Origin: Pedobacter sp.
GTDB taxonomy: Bacteria > Desulfobacterota > Desulfuromonadia > Desulfuromonadales > Syntrophotaleaceae
Assembly (NCBI GenBank): GCA_050253415.1
Contig: JBFWJC010000001.1
Location: forward strand, 224,001-288,000
Length of the DNA stretch: 64,000 nt
Reading direction: 5' to 3'
Numbering within the stretch: position 1 is the first letter of the stretch; every line of letters starts with the position of its first letter. A model generated the notes under the pieces. It made no database searches. It saw only the letters and a list, made by a program, of their open reading frames with translations, and had not been told where the DNA came from. A program made the translations under genes and the position numbers. Below, one piece after another: positions 53,046 to 60,699 of this stretch.

Positions 53046-53861
53046 ATGAAAACCTTGGTTTTATTTATATTGGTAGTTGTTATTTTAATGGGTTGTGACG
53101 GAAAACAAAAAGAAATAGAGCTGTTGGATAAAATCCAAAGTTTAGAAAGTCAATTAGACGAGTGCCAAAATGGAGCAGATAAAATTCATGCTCAAATGAA
53201 ATTGTCATATGAAAAAAAGGACTATGAATTAACTAAAAATCTCTTTAAAGAAATGGAAAAAAGACACGCTGAGTCAGAACTTTTTGCAGAATCTAAGACC
53301 TTATACGAAAAAATAATAAAAATTGAAAAGGAAAAGGAACTAGAGGAAAAAAACAGAAAAGAGAGAGAGAAGCAACAGAGGTTGAAAGCTCTCGATAAGT
53401 TAGATAAAAAATACGACGACGTTGATGATATAACTTGGTACAGGAATGGTCTTTTTACTCACTATGTTGATTCTAATCTTACATCAATATATATCGGACA
53501 TAAAAAAAATTCAAACTGGCTTGTTTTGCAAATGTCATATGGGGGTGAAGACTGGATTTTTTTTGACAGAGCTTTTCTTTCTTATGATGGCAATACTAAA
53601 GAAATTAATTTTGATAAGTACAGTGAGAAAAAAACCGAAAACAGCGGTGGTGTAGTTTGGGAATGGATAGTCACCCTTGTGGACTCAGATACAGAATCAT
53701 TCTTACGTGAATTTTCCAAATCTAATAATGCAAAAATGCGGCTTACAGGAAAATATACTAAGACAAGAAATCTTAATAAGAAAGAGAGACAGGGGATAAT
53801 AGATGTGCTAAATGGTTACGATGTTTTAAAGGAAGAGAGTGGTATGAAGGATGTTCTTTAG
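53046..53861 (+). CDS. Cargo lipoprotein 1 (unknown function)
   Basis: Lipobox ILMGC, coiled coil, globular C-terminal domain. Confidence 0.8.
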   Translation: MKTLVLFILVVVILMGCDGKQKEIELLDKIQSLESQLDECQNGADKIHAQMKLSYEKKDYELTKNLFKEMEKRHAESELFAESKTLYEKIIKIEKEKELEEKNRKEREKQQRLKALDKLDKKYDDVDDITWYRNGLFTHYVDSNLTSIYIGHKKNSNWLVLQMSYGGEDWIFFDRAFLSYDGNTKEINFDKYSEKKTENSGGVVWEWIVTLVDSDTESFLREFSKSNNAKMRLTGKYTKTRNLNKKERQGIIDVLNGYDVLKEESGMKDVL

Positions 53862-54023
53862 GTATTAGCTGGAAATCGCGACATTCAAAATTTTTGAAAT
53901 GTCAGCTCTTGACTAAATAGTTTTAAAGATTACAGTAGTTATTAAATTAAGTAGCATAGCAAAATTTTGTATACCTGAATCAAAAAAGCTTATGCGTTTA
54001 TATTATATGAAATTGGAGTGGTT

Positions 54024-54437
54024 ATGTACAAGACATTGTTTCTAATTCTAATTGTTGTTCTGTTTGTTGCATCTTGTGGAAAAATTGGTTCAATAATTTA
54101 CAAAACCGACATTGAAAAAGTAATATATAGTCATTACAAGGTCACTGAAGAAGCTTATGTATTGAAGCCAATTTATTCCAATCCAAAATACGAATGGCCA
54201 GTTCCAATGATAGACTCAAAAGAAGACTTTGAGATAACGGTTATAAAAGTTGTTAAAAATGAACATGGAAATTATAAAAGAATGGCATTTGTTAAGATAA
54301 ATAACATAATTAATAATATGTCTTGGATAAAAAAATTGTCACAGCAGAAAAATGGAAAATGGGAAGTAGATTTAGGCCAAAGAATTGAAGATACGGAAGC
54401 CGAAATAGCAAAGGCTAGTAGGCTTGGTCGTATCTAA
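54024..54437 (+). CDS. Cargo lipoprotein 2 (unknown function)
   Basis: Lipobox VASC, GGAG RBS. Confidence 0.75.
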   Translation: MYKTLFLILIVVLFVASCGKIGSIIYKTDIEKVIYSHYKVTEEAYVLKPIYSNPKYEWPVPMIDSKEDFEITVIKVVKNEHGNYKRMAFVKINNIINNMSWIKKLSQQKNGKWEVDLGQRIEDTEAEIAKASRLGRI

Positions 54438-54519
54438 AACTTATAGATTAAGGTAACCGTTTTTCATTTTTCAATGTCCCTTGCTTGTATTTTGGAAATG
54501 GTTAAAAGAATTTATGCAA

Positions 54520-54643
54520 ATGAGAGCCAAGTTATTTTTTTGATTACCGTTTTCTCTGCCTTTTTGGGTGGGTGTCCACTTTTCGTCGGGTAACTCGGAC
54601 ATTTAACGTTTCGTTTGATACAGTCTGGTCAACGATAATTTAA
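54520..54643 (+). pseudogene. Decayed third lipoprotein gene
   Basis: MRAKLFF|LITVFSAFLGGC across a T7 frameshift, then VTRTFNVSFDTVWSTII* in another frame. Confidence 0.4.
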
Positions 54644-54860
54644 CAAGAAGCAGAAGCTATTGATTGGGTCATTTGGGATGGTGTTGCAAAGCGTACTTCA
54701 TAATTGTTAGTCCCCTAGTTTTCCGTGAAACAAACGTGAACCTGACAAGCCATAATGAAGGGGAACCGGTCCCAAACTCGGTTCCCCTTCATAGGGCCAT
54801 TCTTTTAGAAAACCGAAATCTTCCCACTAAAACATAAAGTTTTTTGCCCTCCTTCTGGTA

Positions 54861-54907
54861 ACTGAAAATCCTCGTGTCGGCAGTTCGATTCTGTCTCTGG
54901 GCACCAT
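54861..54907 (+). repeat. attR core (duplicated tRNA-Phe 3' half)
   Basis: ACTGAAAATCCTCGTGTCGGCAGTTCGATTCTGTCTCTGGGCACCAT. Confidence 0.95.
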
Positions 54908-54915
54908 TTGCATAC

Positions 54916-54949
54916 AAAAGGTCTGCGTTACCGACGCAGACCTTTTTTT
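54916..54949 (+). terminator. Displaced native tRNA terminator
   Basis: AAAAGGTCTGCGT..ACGCAGACCTTTTTTT immediately after attR. Confidence 0.85.
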
Positions 54950-55129
54950 ATTCACGGGTAGCGTATCCATAGCCATTTCATAAGAACCGCCGATCGGTTC
55001 TTGCAAATTGCTGCGCTTTTTATTAATGTCTCGGACCGTTGTGAACCATCATCGGCCGTTCCGGGTCAGCGCGTCTTTCCCCCAATCCCGCCGAAAAAAT
55101 CCCGTTTATTGCCATCCGAAGCCAAGAAT

Positions 55130-55525
55130 ATGAAACAGCAAGTCAGACTGAACTGCCATGTCGATATGCCGTCGACCTGGATCAAGTATAAAAAAGATTT
55201 ATGCAACGACTGCATGGCCGTCTGTTGCAGTTTGCCCGTGGAAGTTACCATCACTGATCTGGTACGTATGGAGTTGGTCGATCCTTTTGATGCCCAGGAT
55301 CCTCCCAAGGAGATCGCCAAAAGATTGCGCAAGCAAGGAGTCATCGAGCATTTCAACTTCAAAAGCGCGATTTATACCCTGGCCAGACTGGCAAATGACG
55401 ACTGCATCTTTCTCGACCAGAAAACCCGCCGCTGTACCATCTACGCCAAGCGTCCCGATACCTGTCGCAATCACCCTCAGGTCGGGCCGCGTCCCGGTTA
55501 TTGTGCCTACCAACCAAACAGGTGA
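55130..55525 (+). CDS. YkgJ/CxxCxxCC cysteine-cluster protein
   Basis: CNDCMAVCC, CIFLD..RCTIY..RP.TCR. Confidence 0.85.
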   Translation: MKQQVRLNCHVDMPSTWIKYKKDLCNDCMAVCCSLPVEVTITDLVRMELVDPFDAQDPPKEIAKRLRKQGVIEHFNFKSAIYTLARLANDDCIFLDQKTRRCTIYAKRPDTCRNHPQVGPRPGYCAYQPNR

Positions 55526-55571
55526 GCACCGATCCAGGTTTTTAATGTTCCGTGGATGTGTTGTTCCATAT

Positions 55572-55606
55572 AAAAAAGCCGCGACCTGAATCAGGTGCGG
55601 CTTTTT
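55572..55606. terminator. Bidirectional intrinsic terminator
   Basis: AAAAAAGCCGC..GCGGCTTTTT. Confidence 0.8.
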
Positions 55607-55629
55607 CTGTGATTCACAACAAGATGCTG

Positions 55630-56322
55630 TTAAGGCGCATAGTTGCCGAGGGTTCTGCGAAGGGTCGCGGCAGAGGCCGGACTCCCTGCCCGTCCGGCAA
55701 AGATGTCCTCGACCGTGACGCTGTCCCTCCCGTAATAAGCCGTATTGTCTTCCCAGAGGATATTCAGGACCGAACCTTCCAGGGAGACGCCGGCAAAGAA
55801 TCCCCGCGACCGGCTATAGGAAAGGATCTCCGCCTTGAGCATTACGTCGGTGGCGCCTTCTACCCGCCGTCCTACCGGGCCAGCAGCCACTGCGGCGTCG
55901 GCACCGAGGGTGAATTTACCCTTTTTGATGTCTTCGATGCTGCGCTGGCTTTTAAAAACCAGGATAACATCCGTTGATTGCCCCCCGATTTGCCAGCCGA
56001 AGCTGCCTCCGCCGATGGACAGGAAGGTCGGGTTGCTCCAGCCACCACCGCTATCGCGTACCATCAAGACGCCTTCTCCGTAGCGGCCGCCAAGGATGAA
56101 GGCTCCCTTGATGACGCCGGGAATGATGGCGATGCCGTAGGCATTGCTGAGCAGGCTTGGGGGAATCGCCGATTCAGGAATTTCCATGATCTTGTCCAGC
56201 ACCGATATGGCCTGGTTGACGGTGTCTTCCTGTTCCGAGGCCGTCGCTATGCCACTTCCCAGCAGAGTCAACGCAGCCAGCATCGTGATCATCAGCAGAA
56301 TTTTATTCGTAAGTTTCGACAT
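55630..56322 (-). CDS. Ysc84/SYLF lipid-binding domain protein
   Basis: GG.YGEG, GGSFGWQIG, AAGPVGR, YSRSRG.FAGVSLEG; signal peptide. Confidence 0.9.
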   Translation of the reverse strand: MSKLTNKILLMITMLAALTLLGSGIATASEQEDTVNQAISVLDKIMEIPESAIPPSLLSNAYGIAIIPGVIKGAFILGGRYGEGVLMVRDSGGGWSNPTFLSIGGGSFGWQIGGQSTDVILVFKSQRSIEDIKKGKFTLGADAAVAAGPVGRRVEGATDVMLKAEILSYSRSRGFFAGVSLEGSVLNILWEDNTAYYGRDSVTVEDIFAGRAGSPASAATLRRTLGNYAP

Positions 56323-56367
56323 GCATTCTACCCTCCTTTCGATAAAATGGGTTGGCGGCGGTATTCC

Positions 56368-56910
56368 TTACCACCAGTAGGGATAACGATGCCAGTACGG
56401 GTATCGGTGCCAGTACGGAAACGGGTCATAGTAGTAAGGATAATAGGGATAAGCTCTCTGATAACGGTTTTCGGACCACAGATAGAGTTCGCCGATTTCG
56501 AAAACCGGATAGTGATAATTGGCCTTTTGCAGAGGCCGGACTTCGATGGCACGCAACGTACCGGTCAGGGTTACCAGTTTGCCAGCCTTATAGATGCTCG
56601 GGTCGAGCAGTCGCGAGCTACGGGCCAGGAACCGGCCCCCTTCTTCATCGGGATCCTGTGGTTCGTCGCGTTTATCAAGAGAGTACTTCAGTATCTCAAG
56701 GGTTGAACCGTCGTCGGTAACCTGGTTCTCAAGAATCAAGCCGCCGAGAATGACTGTTTTGCCCATGTACGTATCCGGCGAAGCTTTGAGGCGGGAATAT
56801 TCCACCTCGTAATTCACGCCGGAAAGGGCATCTTTGGAAAGAACCGAGCCGCAACCGGCCAGAAGTATAAGCAGGGCCGGAAGAAGCAACCAGAATAGTG
56901 AATTTTTCAT
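56368..56910 (-). CDS. Slp-family outer-membrane lipoprotein
   Basis: LAGC lipobox, V.LGG.I, GRF....LDP..Y..G..VT..G. Confidence 0.85.
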   Translation of the reverse strand: MKNSLFWLLLPALLILLAGCGSVLSKDALSGVNYEVEYSRLKASPDTYMGKTVILGGLILENQVTDDGSTLEILKYSLDKRDEPQDPDEEGGRFLARSSRLLDPSIYKAGKLVTLTGTLRAIEVRPLQKANYHYPVFEIGELYLWSENRYQRAYPYYPYYYDPFPYWHRYPYWHRYPYWW

Positions 56911-56997
56911 GACCGTCTCCTTGGGTGAAAAATTCTTTGTTGCAGCCTCCCCTTTGTACGAAAAACCTGCTTTACGGGTCTGAAAACCTCGAAGATT

Positions 56998-57576
56998 TCA
57001 GAAATCAATACCCGGTTGGGGTTCGATGTCGCGTCGGAAGGCATGTTTGATTTCCCGCACTTCGCTGACGGTGTCAGCCCGTTCGATGACCTGGGGATGG
57101 GCATTGCGGCCGGTGAGCACCAGGTGCAACAGAGGTGGCTTGCGGTCGAGCAGATCCATCACCTGCTCCAGATCGATCAGGTTCAGATGCAGGGCGTTGT
57201 TGATTTCATCAAGCACCAGCAGATCAAATTCCCCCGAAGCCATTTTCTCGCGTACCAGATCGATAGCGTCCTGGGCGTTGGCGCGGTGTTCCTCGAAGGG
57301 ATAAGGGTTGCCCTGAATGCCGCAAAATCCTTTACCGGTATGGTGCAATTCGACGCTGTCTCCGAGCTTTTTAATGCCGTCCCATTCCCCGGCATACAGA
57401 TCACCCTTCATGAACTGGATGATACAGCTGCGCATGCCGTGGCCGCAGGCCCGCAACACCATGCCCAGTGCGGAACTGGTCTTGCCTTTACCGTTGCCGG
57501 TCAGCACCACCACCAGCCCCTGGCGTTTTTCTGGCTGCAAGTGATCGATTTTATCAGGTGGTGTGCCTCTCGTCAT
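56998..57576 (-). CDS. Cob(I)yrinic acid a,c-diamide adenosyltransferase (BtuR/CobA/CobO)
   Basis: TGNGKGKTS, QFMKG, LDEI, LTGR. Confidence 0.9.
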   Translation of the reverse strand: MTRGTPPDKIDHLQPEKRQGLVVVLTGNGKGKTSSALGMVLRACGHGMRSCIIQFMKGDLYAGEWDGIKKLGDSVELHHTGKGFCGIQGNPYPFEEHRANAQDAIDLVREKMASGEFDLLVLDEINNALHLNLIDLEQVMDLLDRKPPLLHLVLTGRNAHPQVIERADTVSEVREIKHAFRRDIEPQPGIDF

Positions 57577-57734
57577 GACATCCTCCGGGCAGGGGTTTTA
57601 TATCCTTTACGTCCTCCAGTTATTTTATACCAATTGCCGCTGCGCCGCATCTTTCCACTATCAGCTTTCGCCGATTGCCGACATCGAATGCTTTCCCTTT
57701 CAAATCACGGGTCAGGGTGTCGCTGGCAAATCGG

Positions 57735-59108
57735 CTACTCAAGGCCGTACTCGGCCCATCGGCGCTGTACCAGGGCGGTAATATCTGTATCGGGGCGTAA
57801 AACCTGCAAGCCTGCGGGGTCCATCGTGGCGTCGATACCGAGGCGGCCGTCCTGCACCAGAAGGTCCCGGCCCGGATCCATCCGGTTGAGAGTCCGCCAG
57901 AAAAAAGTCGCGGGGTCGCGTTGGTCACTGTCAATGGTGACCACCAGCAGGTGAGCAGCGTGCAAAGGGCCGCTTCGCCACAGCGCTTGCAGCAAGGAAC
58001 GTCCGCAGGTGCCCGGCCTGACGCTGATCAGGGTGACGCCGTGAAAGATACCTTCAACCGGCATGTGGATATCGACAATGTCAGGGTGATCGATGCGCAG
58101 TAGCCGCAGGATCAGACGTTCCGCGACTTTACCAAGATGACAGTTTTCCATGGGGGGCGGACCGACCACCGTGGTGGCAAAGATCGGCTCGGGGCGGTGG
58201 CTGATGTTTGTCACCCGCAACAACGGCACGTGGGCTGACGGCTGATAAAAACCGGTGTGGTTGCCGAATGGCCCTTCCATGGCGGTTTCCCCCGGCCAGA
58301 CCAGTCCCTCGATGACATATTCTGCATGGGCCGGCACGGGCAGGTCGCTGTGTTTCGATGGGGTCATGTCCATGGGATGACCACGCAGCAGTGCGGCCAG
58401 CGCAGCTTCGTTAATATCGGGAGGCAGGGGGAAGGCGGCGGCAAACATCATGGCAGGATCACCGCCAAGGGCGATACTGACCGGCATGGGCAGATTGCGC
58501 ATGTGCCAGGCCTGGCAGTGGCGGGCCGCATCGCTGCTGCTGCGCCAATGGATAGAAGCCTGCCGGGAGCCCGAAAGCTGCACGCGGTACATGCCGCAAT
58601 TGGCTATGCCACCGTCCGGATGGCGGGTGTAGACCTGCGGCAGGGTCAGGTAGCTACCACCGTCCCCCGGCCAGCAGTGCAAGGCCGGCAACCGAAAGAG
58701 ATCGGGATGGTCCATGACCACGCTGTGACAGATCCCCTGCTGTTGCAGGCGCGGGGCGAATTCGGGACGCTGCAGCAGACACCGCATGCGATTTTCGGAG
58801 GTCTCCCCGCCAGCCCCGGCCAGCCCCTGCGCCAGGCGTTCGGCAGCATCTTCGGCGTGGTTGACGCCGACCGCCCAGGCGGCGCGCCGGGCGGACCCGA
58901 ACAGGTTGGTGGCCACCGGGGCCCGGTAGCCGCGAACCCGTTGAAACAACAAGGCCTTCCCTCCTGCTGCGCCTTTACAGACGCGATCGGTAATGGCGGC
59001 AATTTCCAGCTGCGGGTCGACCTCGGCAGTTATCCGGTGCAGTTCATCCCGATTTTCAAGCAGGGTTAAAAACTGGCGCAGATCGCTAACCGCGGCCGGA
59101 ACGCTCAT
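57735..59108 (-). CDS. UbiD-family (prFMN) decarboxylase paralogue
   Basis: NLFGS, NCGMYR, AEYVIEG, EGPFGNHTG, GIDAT; ATG at 59108. Confidence 0.88.
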   Translation of the reverse strand: MSVPAAVSDLRQFLTLLENRDELHRITAEVDPQLEIAAITDRVCKGAAGGKALLFQRVRGYRAPVATNLFGSARRAAWAVGVNHAEDAAERLAQGLAGAGGETSENRMRCLLQRPEFAPRLQQQGICHSVVMDHPDLFRLPALHCWPGDGGSYLTLPQVYTRHPDGGIANCGMYRVQLSGSRQASIHWRSSSDAARHCQAWHMRNLPMPVSIALGGDPAMMFAAAFPLPPDINEAALAALLRGHPMDMTPSKHSDLPVPAHAEYVIEGLVWPGETAMEGPFGNHTGFYQPSAHVPLLRVTNISHRPEPIFATTVVGPPPMENCHLGKVAERLILRLLRIDHPDIVDIHMPVEGIFHGVTLISVRPGTCGRSLLQALWRSGPLHAAHLLVVTIDSDQRDPATFFWRTLNRMDPGRDLLVQDGRLGIDATMDPAGLQVLRPDTDITALVQRRWAEYGLE

Positions 59109-60699
59109 GCTCGCCCTCTTCGTCTGTCGCAGGTTTTGATCCCCAGGCACCGCCACCGGGTGTTTCGATGATGAGTACATCGCCGGAGCGACCGGCCAGG
59201 GAACACTTGCCCGGTAATTCCAGCAGCTCGCCTTCGCGCAGCAGGGTATTGCGCCCGACTTGCCCCGGCGCACCGCCGGCCAGGCCGAAGGGGCCCTGTT
59301 TGCGGCGGTCGCTGATAAGGGTGATCTGGGCGTCGCCAAGCAATTCCAGTTCCTTGATGACCCCGTCGCCGCCCGGGTGGCGTCCGAGACCACCGGAAGC
59401 GTCACGCAGGGCGTAACGTCGCACTCGCAGTGGATAGGCGTGTTCCAGGGCTTCCACCGGGGTGTTGAGAGTATTGGTCATGTGGGTCTGCAGGCCGCTG
59501 GCCCCCGGCCCTTGCGGACCGCCGCCGGCGCCGCCGGCAATGGTCTCATAATAAGCGAACAGGTTGTGGTTGCGCGGATCGCGGCCGCCGATGGTCAGAT
59601 TGTTCATGGTTCCGCAACTGGCTGCCGGAATGCGCTCCGGAAGGGCCTGGGCTAATGCGCCCAGCAGTACATCGACAATGCGCTGAGAGGTTTCCACATT
59701 GCCGCCAGCCACTGCCGCCGGGAAGGTGCAATCGACTACCGTGCCCGGTACGGTCCGTACCGCCAGCGGTCGCATGCAGCCGGCGCTGCCAGGCATATCC
59801 TCCGGTGCCAGCAGACGAAACACGTAAAACACCGCCGACAGGGTGATGGCCCGCACGGCATTGACGCAGCCCGCAACCTGCGGTGCGCTGGCGGAAAAAT
59901 CGAGCTGGGCGCGATTGCCGGCCACCGTGATTTCACAGCGAATCGGTATCGGTCCGTTACCGGCACCGTCATCATCCAACACGTCCTCGAAGCGGTAGCA
60001 ACCATCGGGGATCGCGCCAATAACGGCGGCCATCATACTCTCGCCATAATCGAGCAGGGCCTGGCCGTATCGGGCGGTCTCGGCCAGCCCGTAGCGGTCG
60101 ATGATCTCCAGCAGGCGGCGCTCGCCGACCCGATTGGCGGCTATCTGGGCATTGAGGTCGCCGTGCCGCTCTTCCGGAGTGCGCACATTGGCCAGCACGA
60201 TCGCCAGTAACTCCCTGTCCAGACAGCCCTGACGCACGATTCTGACCGGCGGAATGCGCAAGCCTTCCTGGAAGATTTCGGTCGACAGTGGCAGAGATCC
60301 GGCACTGATACCGCCGATATCGGCGTGATGCGCGCGGTTGGCGAGATAAAATGCCGGCGATGAACCGCCGCAGAAGATCGGCATGACCAGGGTGATATCC
60401 GGCAGGTGGGTGCCGCCGCAGTAAGGGTCGTTGAGCATGACCATATCCCCCGGTGCCAGATCGACATGCCGGATGGCCGCCGCTACCGATAACGGCATTG
60501 AGCCCAGATGGACCGGGATGTGGGCCGCCTGGGCCAGCATTTCGCCGTCGCTGTCGAACAGGGCGCAGGAGAAATCGCGACGTTCCTTGATGTTGGGGGA
60601 GAAGGCGGTACGCTGCAGCACCGCGCCCATTTCCTCGGTGAGAGAGGCGAAGCGGTTTTTCAGCACTTCAAGCCGGATGGGATCGATGGATGTGCTCAT
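59086..60699 (-). CDS. Hydantoinase B/oxoprolinase subunit
   Basis: SPNIKERRDFS, HIPVHLG, NDPY.GGTHLPD, AGGNVETSQ, HMTNT.NTP.E. Confidence 0.92.
   Translation of the reverse strand: MSTSIDPIRLEVLKNRFASLTEEMGAVLQRTAFSPNIKERRDFSCALFDSDGEMLAQAAHIPVHLGSMPLSVAAAIRHVDLAPGDMVMLNDPYCGGTHLPDITLVMPIFCGGSSPAFYLANRAHHADIGGISAGSLPLSTEIFQEGLRIPPVRIVRQGCLDRELLAIVLANVRTPEERHGDLNAQIAANRVGERRLLEIIDRYGLAETARYGQALLDYGESMMAAVIGAIPDGCYRFEDVLDDDGAGNGPIPIRCEITVAGNRAQLDFSASAPQVAGCVNAVRAITLSAVFYVFRLLAPEDMPGSAGCMRPLAVRTVPGTVVDCTFPAAVAGGNVETSQRIVDVLLGALAQALPERIPAASCGTMNNLTIGGRDPRNHNLFAYYETIAGGAGGGPQGPGASGLQTHMTNTLNTPVEALEHAYPLRVRRYALRDASGGLGRHPGGDGVIKELELLGDAQITLISDRRKQGPFGLAGGAPGQVGRNTLLREGELLELPGKCSLAGRSGDVLIIETPGGGAWGSKPATDEEGEHERSGRG

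Larger units (their letters stand above)
48363..54907. mobile_element. ~6.5-kb integrative element (tyrosine integrase + Rep_trans initiator) inserted in tRNA-Phe
   Basis: 47-bp direct repeat of the tRNA 3' end; int, xis, rep and XRE genes; visibly AT-rich relative to the flanks. Confidence 0.93.

Noticed and set aside
54861..54906. Second tRNA-Phe gene
   Set aside because: Only the 3' half from the anticodon loop onward is present; it is attR.
48363..54907. Intact prophage or self-transmissible ICE
   Set aside because: No structural, packaging, lysis or conjugation genes within the att boundaries.
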